In this document: piece after piece, positions 39,867 to 49,485 of the stretch
How the letters are laid out: the number at the start of each line of letters is the position of its first letter
Numbering within the stretch: position 1 is the stretch's first letter
Origin: Myxococcota bacterium
Lineage (GTDB): Bacteria > Myxococcota_A > UBA796 > SXON01
Assembly (NCBI GenBank): GCA_040386535.1
Contig: JAZKFH010000019.1
Span: forward strand, 64,001 to 128,000
Length of the DNA: 64,000 nucleotides
Direction: 5' to 3'
Position numbers and translations under genes: made by a program
The notes under the pieces: model-generated
Seen by the model: only the letters and a program-made list of their open reading frames with translations
Databases searched by the model: none
Told to the model about the DNA's origin: nothing

Positions 39867-42233
39867 ATGCCGAACACCCGCCAAGGCACCGAGCCGCCGA
39901 CCACCCCGCCGACCGGCGTCCCTCCGTGTGAAACGGACACGATTGTGCGTAGATACGAAGCCTTGAGGGGGGTCGTCCGGCAGAAGGTCGTCATCTTGAC
40001 ACCCGATGGTTCGCTCCTCGGGCCCCAGGCGGACTGGGAGGCGATGACGGGGGAGCACGCGGACTACGACGGCTTCGGTTGGATCCGCTCCCTCCACCCG
40101 GAGGACCGCGAGCGCGTGCTCCAACGGTGGCGGCAGGAGGCGCCGCACGGCCTGGCGTTCGGGGACGAGTACCGGCTGCGCGACGAGAACGGTCGATATC
40201 GCTCGTTCTCCGTGCGCGCCGCCCCGATCCATGCGGACGACCAGTCGCTCGCCGAGTACCTGGTGGTGTTCCACGACGTCTCGGAGCGTCGCAACGAGGC
40301 CGAGCGTACGACGCAAGCCCTCGACGCGCTCAACGATCTGAAGGCCGCGATCGACGAGCACGCCATCGTGGCCATCACGGACGCCCGCGGCAGGATCACG
40401 TACGTGAACGAGAAGTTCTGCGCCATCTCGCGGTACCCGCGCGAGGAGCTCATCGGGCAGGACCACCGGATCATCAACTCGGGCCACCATCCCAAGCCGT
40501 TCATCCAGAACCTCTGGCAGACCATCAGCAGCGGCCGGGTGTGGAAGGGAGAGATCAAGAACAAGGCCAAGGATGGGACGCTCTACTGGGTGGACACGAC
40601 GATCGTGCCGTACCTGGGCGCGGACGGAAAGCCCATCCAATACATCGCCATCCGGGCGGACATCACGGAGCGAAAGCGCGCCGAGGAGCGCATGGCGAGC
40701 GCCATGCGCGAGCTGAACGACGTGAAGGCGGCCCTCGATCATCACGCCATCGTCGCGGTCACCAATCCACGGGGGACCATCACGTACGTCAACGACAAGT
40801 TCTGCGCCATCTCCAAGTACACGCGGGAGGAGCTGATCGGGCAAGACCACCGGATCATCAACTCCGGCCACCATCCGCGTGAGTTCATCCGCGGCCTGTG
40901 GCAGACCATCGGCGATGGCCGGGTGTGGAAGGGGGAGATCAAGAACAAGGCGAAGGACGGCACGTTCTACTGGGTGGACACGACGATCGTCCCGTACCTC
41001 GGCGAGGACGGGAAGCCGTTCCAATACATCGCCATCCGGGCCGACATCACCGATCGCAAGCTGGCGGACGAGCAGACCAACCAGGCGCTACGCGAGCTGA
41101 ACGATGTGAAATCGGCGCTCGACGAGCACGCCATCGTCGCGATCACCGACGCGCGCGGGCGCATCACCTACGTCAACGACAAGTTCTGCGCGATCTCCAA
41201 GTACCCGCGTCACGAGCTGCTCGGCCAGGACCATCGGATCATCAACTCACACCATCATCCCAAAGAATTCATCCGGAGCATCTGGCAGGCCATCGGCGAC
41301 GGGCGCGTGTGGAAAGGAGAGATAAAGAACAAGGCCAAGGATGGAACGTTTTATTGGGTGGACACGACCATCGTGCCCTACCTGGGTGTCGACGGAAGGC
41401 CGGTCCAATACATCGCCATCCGCGCGGACATCACCGAGCGGAAGGAGGCGGAGACCGCGCTCCACGACGCCCAGGTCCAACTCCAGCGCCACGCCACGAC
41501 CCTCGAGGAGACCGTCGAGCTCCGTACCGCCGCGCTGCGCGACACCATCGGCGAGCTCGAGGCCTTCTCCTACAGTGTGTCCCACGACATGCGCGCGCCA
41601 CTCCGGGCGATGCAGAGCTTCTCCAAGATCCTCGCGGAGGAGTGCGCGGACGAGGTGAGCCCGGTCGGCCAGGACTACATCCGGCGGATCAACAGCGCCG
41701 CGGCGCGGATGGACAGCCTGATCAAGGACGTGCTCACCTACAGCCGGGTGACACGCACCGAGCTCTCGCTCGAGCCGGTGAGCCTGGACTCGCTCTTGCG
41801 TGACATCATCGACACCTACCCGAGCCTGCAGGAGCCCGCTGCACGGGTGGAGATCATCGGCGTCATTCCGGATGTGTTGGCGATCCCTGCCGTGTTGACC
41901 CAATGCGTCTCGAACCTCCTCGGAAACGCCGTGAAGTTCGTGGGCGCCGACGTGTCCCCGTTCGTACAGGTGTGGGCCGAGGACCGCGGCGCGCACGTCC
42001 GGATCTCCTTCAAGGACAATGGCTTCGGCATCGAATCCGACGCGTTGGAGCGTATCTTCGGCATCTTCCAGCGGGTGAGCACGTCCCACGAAGGGACGGG
42101 GATCGGACTCGCCATCGTCAAGAAGGGCGTCGAGCGGCTCGGAGGTGCGGTGGGCGTCGTCTCCTCTCCGGGCTCGGGGTCCACCTTCTGGTTAGACCTG
42201 CGCAAGTCTCCCCCGGATCCGAACCATGCTTGA
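39867..42233 (+). CDS. Cytoplasmic multi-PAS sensor histidine kinase
   Basis: Four PAS/PAC units, H-box SHDMRAPL, NLLGNAVKF, DNGFGI, GTGIGL. Start uncertain. Confidence 0.92.
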   Translation: MPNTRQGTEPPTTPPTGVPPCETDTIVRRYEALRGVVRQKVVILTPDGSLLGPQADWEAMTGEHADYDGFGWIRSLHPEDRERVLQRWRQEAPHGLAFGDEYRLRDENGRYRSFSVRAAPIHADDQSLAEYLVVFHDVSERRNEAERTTQALDALNDLKAAIDEHAIVAITDARGRITYVNEKFCAISRYPREELIGQDHRIINSGHHPKPFIQNLWQTISSGRVWKGEIKNKAKDGTLYWVDTTIVPYLGADGKPIQYIAIRADITERKRAEERMASAMRELNDVKAALDHHAIVAVTNPRGTITYVNDKFCAISKYTREELIGQDHRIINSGHHPREFIRGLWQTIGDGRVWKGEIKNKAKDGTFYWVDTTIVPYLGEDGKPFQYIAIRADITDRKLADEQTNQALRELNDVKSALDEHAIVAITDARGRITYVNDKFCAISKYPRHELLGQDHRIINSHHHPKEFIRSIWQAIGDGRVWKGEIKNKAKDGTFYWVDTTIVPYLGVDGRPVQYIAIRADITERKEAETALHDAQVQLQRHATTLEETVELRTAALRDTIGELEAFSYSVSHDMRAPLRAMQSFSKILAEECADEVSPVGQDYIRRINSAAARMDSLIKDVLTYSRVTRTELSLEPVSLDSLLRDIIDTYPSLQEPAARVEIIGVIPDVLAIPAVLTQCVSNLLGNAVKFVGADVSPFVQVWAEDRGAHVRISFKDNGFGIESDALERIFGIFQRVSTSHEGTGIGLAIVKKGVERLGGAVGVVSSPGSGSTFWLDLRKSPPDPNHA
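40320..41450 (+). repeat. Three tandem 384-bp PAS-PAC coding repeats
   Basis: CACGCCATCGT recurs at 40359, 40743 and 41127. Confidence 0.9.
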
Positions 42234-42708
42234 CCCGATTCTCTACGCGGAAGACGACGAGAACGACGTCTTCCTGATGAAGCGTGCGTTTCGCAAGCTG
42301 GGAATCGCCAACCCCATCCACTTCGCTTGCGACGGCAAGGAGGCGGTCGATTACCTGGCTGGCATCGGGGCGTTCCAGGACAGGGTGGAGCATCCGCTCC
42401 CATGTCTCGTCCTGCTCGACCTGAGCATGCCCGGCAAGCACGGCCTCGAGGTCCTCAAGTGGATCCGGAGCACGCCCGCGCTCACCGGGCTACCCGTGGT
42501 CGTCCTGAGCTCCTCCAACCAGGAGAGCGACGTTCATCGAGCCTACCTTCTCGGTGCCAACGGCTTTCTCATGAAGCCCGGCGATCCCGACGAGCTCCTG
42601 AAGATCATGCGTCGAGTGCAGAGTTATTGGTTGGCGGACGAGCGCCCGGTTGGGACGTTCGTGGACTTTGCCGCCGAGGAGTGTGTGCCACCGCCGCGGG
42701 ACCGGTAG
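42226..42708 (+). CDS. Single-domain response regulator (Rcp1-like)
   Basis: AEDDEND, LLDLSMP, LSSS, GANGFLMKP. Overlaps the kinase stop. Confidence 0.92.
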   Translation: MLDPILYAEDDENDVFLMKRAFRKLGIANPIHFACDGKEAVDYLAGIGAFQDRVEHPLPCLVLLDLSMPGKHGLEVLKWIRSTPALTGLPVVVLSSSNQESDVHRAYLLGANGFLMKPGDPDELLKIMRRVQSYWLADERPVGTFVDFAAEECVPPPRDR

Positions 42709-42758
42709 GCAAGCTCGATCGCGGCGGAGTTACGTAGGGGTTTCAGCTTGGAAAGCGA

Positions 42759-44159
42759 ATGCTCCTGCTCCTGTCGACGCTCGCCCTCGCAACCCCGCCT
42801 CCCGGTCCTACAGCGCAGCAGGTGGCGCAGTACGGCGCCCTCCCGATGGTGCTTCCCGGCAGCGCGCCCCGGCGCGGGCCTCCGCCCCCGGCCTCGTCCG
42901 GCCCGGCCGTCACGGTGTACGGCTACCACGCGTACTGGAGCGCCGATCCCACTGCGCTCGACTTCGAGCGCCTGACCCACCTCGCGCTGTTCAACGTCGA
43001 TCTGAACTCCGACGGTTCGCTCGGGTCGACCGAACACTGGACCGACATCGCGGGCGCGGTCGTGCCCGTGGCCCACAGCCACGGCGTGCGGGTGCATCTG
43101 TGTGTCACCGCGTTCGACGAGAACGCCCACACGCAGGTGTTCGGTTCTCCCACCCTGCGTGCCACCGCCATCGCCAACATGAAGGCGCTGGTGGACGAGT
43201 ACGGCGCCGATGGCGTGATGATCGACATCGAGGCCATGGATGTCTCCAACCGCGATGGCTACTCCACGTTCGTCGAGGAGCTCGCGGCCGCGGTCGATGA
43301 CGTGTTCCTCTCCACGCCGGCGGTGAATTGGTCGGGCGCGTTCGATTATGGCCGCCTCGCCGCCGCGACCCAGGGCCTGTTCATCATGGCCTACAACTAC
43401 CATTGGTCCGGTGGTGATCCGGGCCCCAACGATCCGCTCTACGGTGCCTCTCCCTGGGACTACCACGCCATCGAGTGGAGTGTGGACGACTACGTCGCCA
43501 GCGGCGCCCCGCGGAACAAGCTCATCCTGGGGTTGCCACTGTATGGGTGGGAGTGGCCGACCGACAGCGCCGCGGTCCCCGGCACCGCGACCGGTACCGG
43601 CAATTCCGTCCTCTTCGCCGAGGCTGCTGCGCTCGCGGCCGCCGAGACCAGCCTGTACGACACCCCCAGTCACAGCCCGTACCTGCTGCGTGCCAACTCC
43701 CAGATCTGGTACGCGGACACGAGCTCCGTCCAGGAGCGGATCGCCTGGGCCGTCGGGAACCGCATGCAGGGCGTGGGCTTCTGGGCCCTCGGCTACGAGG
43801 GCGACGATCCGGCGTTCTGGGACATGGTGCGCATCGAGACCGCGGCCGACCGCGTGCCCGGCCCGAAGGACACGGGCGGGGACACCGACAGTGACACGGG
43901 AGGAGACACGGACGAGGACACCGACGTTGACACGGACGTTGACACGGACGTGCCGGAGGACACCGACCCGTCCGATGACACGGGAACCTCGGTCGACACG
44001 GATGACACCGATGTGGGTGACACCGCGGCCGATCCCGCCGTGAATGACGACGAGGCGGGCGGGTGCGGATGTGTCACCGGCTCGGGCGGCCCCGCCGCGT
44101 CGGGCGGGCTGCTCGTTGCGTTGGGCCTGCTGCTCGGCCTCCGGCGCCGCACGCACTGA
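42759..44159 (+). CDS. GH18 glycoside hydrolase with acidic linker and MYXO-CTERM-like anchor
   Basis: DGVMIDIE, IMAYNY, KLILGLPLYG, GVGFWALG, then a DT linker and GCGC-TM-RRR. Confidence 0.88.
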   Translation: MLLLLSTLALATPPPGPTAQQVAQYGALPMVLPGSAPRRGPPPPASSGPAVTVYGYHAYWSADPTALDFERLTHLALFNVDLNSDGSLGSTEHWTDIAGAVVPVAHSHGVRVHLCVTAFDENAHTQVFGSPTLRATAIANMKALVDEYGADGVMIDIEAMDVSNRDGYSTFVEELAAAVDDVFLSTPAVNWSGAFDYGRLAAATQGLFIMAYNYHWSGGDPGPNDPLYGASPWDYHAIEWSVDDYVASGAPRNKLILGLPLYGWEWPTDSAAVPGTATGTGNSVLFAEAAALAAAETSLYDTPSHSPYLLRANSQIWYADTSSVQERIAWAVGNRMQGVGFWALGYEGDDPAFWDMVRIETAADRVPGPKDTGGDTDSDTGGDTDEDTDVDTDVDTDVPEDTDPSDDTGTSVDTDDTDVGDTAADPAVNDDEAGGCGCVTGSGGPAASGGLLVALGLLLGLRRRTH

Positions 44160-44263
44160 TTAGTGCCTGTGTCTTTGTGCGTGTCCGCGTTCCTTTGCGT
44201 TCGGCTCTGTGCACGTCTGCGTAGGGCCGGGGCGCGATTGGTTCGGCGCGCATAAGGCGCCAG

Positions 44264-45175
44264 ATGCTGATCGCCCTGTTGTTCGCCTGCTCCGAAGCGC
44301 CCCCCGAACCGGTCGTCGCGGCCCCCACGCCGCCCCGCGTGGTCAAGGTGGCGCTCAATTGGTACCCCGAGCCCGAGTTCGGCGGCTACTACGCGGCGCT
44401 GCTCGACGGCGCCTACAAGGACGCGGGGCTCGCCGTGGAGCTCGTGCCCGGCGGCCCAAACGTGCCGGTGCTGGAGATGCTCGCCGAGGGCAAGGTGGAC
44501 GTCGCGATCTCGGGCGCGGACGACCTGCTCGTGCGCCGCTCCCGCGGGCTCGACGCGGTGGCGCTCTTCCCCGGCTTCGTCGACTCCCCGGTGGGGCTCA
44601 TGACGCACGCCGACGGAGGCCCCACCCGCTTCGAGGACGTGTCGGGCACGGTGGCGATCGGCGAGGGCGGGCCGCTCCAGATGTTCCTCTGGGGGCGCTA
44701 CGGGTGGGCGGGCAAGGTGGCGATGGTGCCGCCGACCGGCTCGATCGCCGCGTTCGCCGCGGATCCCAAGCTCATCCAGCAGGCGTACATCTCGAGCGAG
44801 CCGTGCCTCGCCGAGGGCCAGGGGATGAAGGTGAACTTCCTCCCCGCGCGCGACGCGGGGTGGAGCCCCTACAGCTCGCTCGCCGTCGTGCGTGAAGGCG
44901 ATGCCGACGCCGACTGGGTCAAGGCCTTCCGCGCCGCGAGCCTCGCCGGGTGGAACGCCTACCTCGCCGATCCGTCCCGCGCGAACGCCGAGATCACCCG
45001 GCTCAACCCCGAGATGCCCGCCGAGCGGATGGCGTGTATCGTCGCGCGGCAGGCCCCCTACGTCGCGGGCGCCGCGGGCGTGGGCGTCATGACCGCCGAG
45101 CGTTGGACCGAGCTCGCCGCGGCGCTGGTGAGCGTCGGCCAGCCGGTCGACGCGAACGGGGCGTGGATCCCCTGA
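44264..45175 (+). CDS. NMT1/THI5-like ABC transporter substrate-binding lipoprotein
   Basis: LNWYPEPEFGGYYAA..G.Y...GL.VEL.PGG. No permease gene adjacent. Confidence 0.85.
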   Translation: MLIALLFACSEAPPEPVVAAPTPPRVVKVALNWYPEPEFGGYYAALLDGAYKDAGLAVELVPGGPNVPVLEMLAEGKVDVAISGADDLLVRRSRGLDAVALFPGFVDSPVGLMTHADGGPTRFEDVSGTVAIGEGGPLQMFLWGRYGWAGKVAMVPPTGSIAAFAADPKLIQQAYISSEPCLAEGQGMKVNFLPARDAGWSPYSSLAVVREGDADADWVKAFRAASLAGWNAYLADPSRANAEITRLNPEMPAERMACIVARQAPYVAGAAGVGVMTAERWTELAAALVSVGQPVDANGAWIP

Positions 45176-45178
45176 CGC

Positions 45179-45679
45179 CTATCGGCCCATGATCCCGACC
45201 AGCTCCACCTCGAACACGAGCGTCGCGCCCCCGGGGATCATCCCGCCCGCGCCGCGCTCGCCGTAGCCGAGGCCCGGCGGGATCTCGAGCCGCCGCGCCT
45301 CGCCTACCTTCATCGTCGAGACGGCCTCGTCCCACCCCTTGATCACCTGGCCGCCGCCCACCTTGAACTGGAGCGGCACGCCACGGTCCAGGCTGGAGTC
45401 GAACTTGGTGCCGTCGGCGAGCCAGCCCGTGTAGTTCACGGCCACGGTTTCGCCGGGCGCGGGCGTCGGCCCGGTGCCCTCGCGCAGCACCCAGTACTTG
45501 AGGCCGGTAGGGGTGGTGACGAGCGGAAGGCCGTCGATGGGGGCCTGCGCGTCCGTGCGCGAGACCTGCATCGGCGCTGGGCCGTAGGTGCCGGAAGAGG
45601 TGACGGGGCGCGTGCCGGGGCCGCCGATCGTGGTGGCGCTCGGGGAGCAGGCGAACAGGAACAACAGGGCGAAACGCAT
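45179..45679 (-). CDS. FKBP-type peptidyl-prolyl isomerase lipoprotein
   Basis: VNYTGWLADGTKFDSS, VIKGWDE, LGYGERG, TLVFEVEL. Confidence 0.95.
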   Translation of the reverse strand: MRFALLFLFACSPSATTIGGPGTRPVTSSGTYGPAPMQVSRTDAQAPIDGLPLVTTPTGLKYWVLREGTGPTPAPGETVAVNYTGWLADGTKFDSSLDRGVPLQFKVGGGQVIKGWDEAVSTMKVGEARRLEIPPGLGYGERGAGGMIPGGATLVFEVELVGIMGR

Positions 45680-45739
45680 GGGCGCGGGCTATCCGCGGCG
45701 CGGACGGACGGCCACGGTTCGCGGGTGCGCGGACGCCCG

Positions 45740-46513
45740 CTACACGAGGCTGATGCGGTCCATCCGGAACACGCGGTCCTCTCCCCGCAGATGACAGAAC
45801 GCCTCCACGCGGGAGCCGAGCACCCGGTGGACGGTGATGGCACGCCGCGTCGGTTGGGCGTCGGAGCGGCGGTAGTCGATGATGATCGGCTGGGAGCGGC
45901 GCGCGGCGTCCATCAGCGCGTCGGACACGACCTTGAGCTCCTCGACGTTGGGGCGACGACACAGGCGCTCGGTCTCCTCGACTGTCAGCCGCCGCTCCAC
46001 GTCGACGCGCTCGAGCAGCTGCCACGCCATCTCCCAGGTGGCCTCGGCGTCATCGAGGGCCCGGTGCGCGCGGCCGCGCCCGATCCCGAGGTGCTCACAC
46101 AACGCCGCGAGGCGGTGGCTGGGGAGCGCCAACACGCGCCGGGAGAGGCCCAGCGTGTCGAACACGGGCACTTCGGGCGCCCACAAGCCGGCGCGGGCGT
46201 ATTCCATGTCGAGGAAGGCACAATCGAACCGGGCGTTGTGGGCCACCAGCACCGCGCCGCGCAACATCCGCGACAACGTGGGCGCCATCTCGACGAACCG
46301 GGGCTGGCCACGCACCATCTCGTCGGTGATGCCGTGGATCTCGGTCGCGTCCACCGGACGCTCGGGGTCGAGCAGGGTCGACCAGCGGCGCGGCACCTCC
46401 CCGTACCGCCCCCGTACGACCGCCACCTCGATCGCCCGATCGCCCCGCTCGGGCGAGAGGCCCGTGGTCTCGAAATCGAGCGCGGCGAGCTCGGTCTCCC
46501 AGAGGAGGCTCAA
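45740..46513 (-). CDS. DEDDh 3'-5' exonuclease fused to a C-terminal WYL domain
   Basis: LDFETTG, AHNARFD, HRALDDA. C-terminal IDY..RRAI..VEAFCHLRGEDRVFRMDRI. TTG start at a TTGA overlap. Confidence 0.85.
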   Translation of the reverse strand: MSLLWETELAALDFETTGLSPERGDRAIEVAVVRGRYGEVPRRWSTLLDPERPVDATEIHGITDEMVRGQPRFVEMAPTLSRMLRGAVLVAHNARFDCAFLDMEYARAGLWAPEVPVFDTLGLSRRVLALPSHRLAALCEHLGIGRGRAHRALDDAEATWEMAWQLLERVDVERRLTVEETERLCRRPNVEELKVVSDALMDAARRSQPIIIDYRRSDAQPTRRAITVHRVLGSRVEAFCHLRGEDRVFRMDRISLV

Positions 46514-49455
46514 CCTGGCTCTTCGTCGGCGGGATCCACCGGGGGGAGCAACCAGTCGGGCAGGCCCGGGGCGGTCCAACCGGAGCCGTCGATGTCGACG
46601 TAGATGGGGTTGGTGAGGGCGTACGGGATGACCGCCCCCGCGCGGGGGATGGGGACCGCGGGCGAGAGGAGCGAGCCGACGGAGGGCACATCCGAGAGGG
46701 CCTCGGTGACCACGTCCTGGAGCTGCACGGGCGCCATCTCCACCGGGGTGAACAGGGGGGACAGGTCCCCGTCGCCCACGGCCACGACGACGAACCAGGA
46801 GTCGACCGTCACCTCGACGTCCAGGTCCTGCACGAGCTTGTAGATGTCGGGATCGAGCCCCTCCCACTCGTGGATGAGGGTGCCGTTCTGATACAGCTCC
46901 ACCCGATCGACGGGGATCCACGTGGGCGCCTGCACCTCGATGTGCAGGCTCACCGTGCCGTCCGTGTCGACGATCTCGTCACCCACGATGGCGGTCTCGT
47001 TGGCCGTGAACCGGATGAACGGCCCGTAGCTCGCGACGACGTGGCCGCCCCGCACCGCGTCCGCGATGGCCTGCTCGTCGAGCTGCGCGGGCTCGTCGGT
47101 GTCGGTCACCACGTAATTGCGGGGGCACCCCGCCTCGACCGAGAACTTGCCGTGGGTGTCACTGTTGCCCAGCGCTGTGTACCGCTTGCCGGTGTTGAGC
47201 AGGGAGAACCAATCGTCGACCTGGCCCTCGTGCCCGTATCCGAGCCGGTAGATGCCCCCCGACAGATCCTCCTGCTCCTGTCCGGTGCGCGTGACCATCT
47301 CGTAGGAGGAGAGGGCCCCACCCTCCGCGTACCGATCCAACTCGGCTTGGGTGGGCGTGCGCACGATCTCGAAGCGCTTGCCGTTGAGCAATTCCAGCGC
47401 CTCGAAGGACTCCTCGAACTCGCCCGACCGGAGGAGGGGATTGACGATGGAGAGCACCGGCGTCGCGATGGTGCCGGTGTACGGGTCGTAGCCGAACTGG
47501 TCGAAGTAGCCGAGGATGCCGTCCCGCGGGTGGGCCACGAAGCGCACGGGCTCGTAGCCGGAGCGGGTGCCGAGCTCGTCGAGCGAGTCGAGGATCTCGC
47601 CGGCGGTCATGCCGGTCCAATCGAAGGCGCCGCCCTGGTCGGCGAGAGAATCGGCGACCATGGGAAAGCCGAGGAAGTGCCCCACCTCGAGCGTGGTGGA
47701 TTCGAGGCCCACCGCGGTCTTCACCCAGGGTTCGAGGCCGAGATCCTCGACGGCGGGCGCGTAGTCGGTCAACGCGTCGTGGTCGGTCGACGTGAAGAAC
47801 TCGACCCCCTCGGCCGCCATCGTGATGACACGGTCGGAGAGGGTGGTGCCCGAATCGAAGCTGTTGATGGAGTGGACGTGGAAGTCGGCGCTCACGAACC
47901 CCGTGGTGTCAACCGAGCGCACGACCTGCAATTGCAGGCGGGAAACGCCGGTGGCGGTCACGGTGAAGGGCTCGGAGGTGCCAAGCTCGTACTCGAGGCC
48001 GCGCGACGCGATCGCGGTGTACGTGCCCGGGGGGAGGATCACGTCCGCCTGCCCGTCGCGGGTGAAGACGACCTCGGACGGGTTTCCGGAGATGTAGTCG
48101 TCGCCCAGGTCCGGGTTCAGCCCCGGGCCGGACTCGCCGAAGAAGCTGATCTTGGAGGGGACGGCGCGGCCGAGCTCGTCCACCACGTGGACGCTCACCT
48201 GGCCGGCGCGCGGGGAGGCGACCACGAGGTTCACCGTGCCGCCCTCGCTCACCGTGACCGGGATGCGCTCGCTGTCGGGGCGCCCGCGGCCGTGCACGAG
48301 CAGCTCGTAGTCGCCCGGGGGGAGGCGCCCGCCGAACGAGCCGTCGATCTGCGTGTCGTCGCCGACGTCGGAGAGCCACTGGTTGTAGGGCATCTCGGCG
48401 CCGGCCTGGTAGGCGAGCACGGACACGCCGGACAACGCGATGCCGGTGCCCTCTTCGAGGACGTAGCCGCGCACCTCACCGTAGGGCTGGCCGCGGGCTT
48501 CGAGCAGCACGTCGAGCACGCTGCCGACATCGCCGGTGCCGATCGCGAAGTACCGCTCGTAGCTGTAGGCGCTACCGGCCGGGAATCGATCGTTCTCGCC
48601 CGCGACGCCCGCGGTGCCGGCGCCGAACGCGGCGGTCTGCGAGGAGGTGAACAGCGGCACGTACAGGTCACCCGTGGCGGCGGCGATGCCGTAGCTCACG
48701 CCGTCCGCCACGCCGGCCACGAAATCGAACTGGAAGGGGTCCTGGAACGTGTTGACGCCGGCGCTGCGCAGCTCGTCGACCGCACGATCCTCGTCGAACC
48801 CCATGCCGGGCGCGAACACGTCGACCGAGCCGCCCTGGAGGTAGAAGTCGCCGAAAGCCACGCCCGAGGAGATCGCGAGATCGAGCACGTCCAGCCCGTC
48901 CTCGGAGCCGGCGAGCAGGGTGCCCTCCACGTACTCGGGGGCGCCGAACGTAGCGGTGGTGCGGATCTTGAGCGCGCCGGCGCCGGGCTCGAGGATGTAG
49001 TCCGTCGTGATGCGGAACTCGGGCTGGCCCACCACGGCCCAGAGCGGATCGAGCATGGTCAGGAAGGGCTCGGCGGAGGCGTCGGTGCGGATGATGGCCG
49101 CGTTGCCGTCCGCACCGTCGTTGACGACCGACACCTCCGCGGCCTCGTCGACCGCGCCGAGGTTCATGTTGACCGTGGAGAACATCTCCGCGAGGCGATC
49201 GTTGCCGTGCCCGCCCGCGTACTTCGGGTGGGGGCGCTGCAGGTCCGCGTCGGCGATGGTCCCGCCGTAGGGGCTGGGGCCGAGCGAGTAGCGCGCACCC
49301 AGGACCGTGAACCGCACCCGGTCGTTCTCCAGCAGGAAATCGCCGGGGCGCGCCATGGCCTTGGGGCCACCGATGCCGTCTTCCAGGCTTTCCATGCGCG
49401 TCGCGCGCGACCAGGAGGGGCTCTCGGAGCAGGCGAGGAAGAGGAGGAGGTGCAT
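46510..49455 (-). CDS. CehA/McbA-type PHP-fold metallohydrolase lipoprotein
   Basis: ADFHVHS..S.DS, STDHD, GHFLGFP, AHPR, ELLNG, GNSDTHG, preceded by beta-sandwich domains. Confidence 0.8.
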   Translation of the reverse strand: MHLLLFLACSESPSWSRATRMESLEDGIGGPKAMARPGDFLLENDRVRFTVLGARYSLGPSPYGGTIADADLQRPHPKYAGGHGNDRLAEMFSTVNMNLGAVDEAAEVSVVNDGADGNAAIIRTDASAEPFLTMLDPLWAVVGQPEFRITTDYILEPGAGALKIRTTATFGAPEYVEGTLLAGSEDGLDVLDLAISSGVAFGDFYLQGGSVDVFAPGMGFDEDRAVDELRSAGVNTFQDPFQFDFVAGVADGVSYGIAAATGDLYVPLFTSSQTAAFGAGTAGVAGENDRFPAGSAYSYERYFAIGTGDVGSVLDVLLEARGQPYGEVRGYVLEEGTGIALSGVSVLAYQAGAEMPYNQWLSDVGDDTQIDGSFGGRLPPGDYELLVHGRGRPDSERIPVTVSEGGTVNLVVASPRAGQVSVHVVDELGRAVPSKISFFGESGPGLNPDLGDDYISGNPSEVVFTRDGQADVILPPGTYTAIASRGLEYELGTSEPFTVTATGVSRLQLQVVRSVDTTGFVSADFHVHSINSFDSGTTLSDRVITMAAEGVEFFTSTDHDALTDYAPAVEDLGLEPWVKTAVGLESTTLEVGHFLGFPMVADSLADQGGAFDWTGMTAGEILDSLDELGTRSGYEPVRFVAHPRDGILGYFDQFGYDPYTGTIATPVLSIVNPLLRSGEFEESFEALELLNGKRFEIVRTPTQAELDRYAEGGALSSYEMVTRTGQEQEDLSGGIYRLGYGHEGQVDDWFSLLNTGKRYTALGNSDTHGKFSVEAGCPRNYVVTDTDEPAQLDEQAIADAVRGGHVVASYGPFIRFTANETAIVGDEIVDTDGTVSLHIEVQAPTWIPVDRVELYQNGTLIHEWEGLDPDIYKLVQDLDVEVTVDSWFVVVAVGDGDLSPLFTPVEMAPVQLQDVVTEALSDVPSVGSLLSPAVPIPRAGAVIPYALTNPIYVDIDGSGWTAPGLPDWLLPPVDPADEEPG

Positions 49456-49485
49456 GCGCGGTGTAGGATACCGGTCTCTACCCGG

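Noticed and set aside
42759..44159. GH18 as an inactive lectin because the motif reads DGVMIDIE
   Set aside because: The catalytic DxE is intact; variation at the preceding Asp position is seen in active GH18 members.
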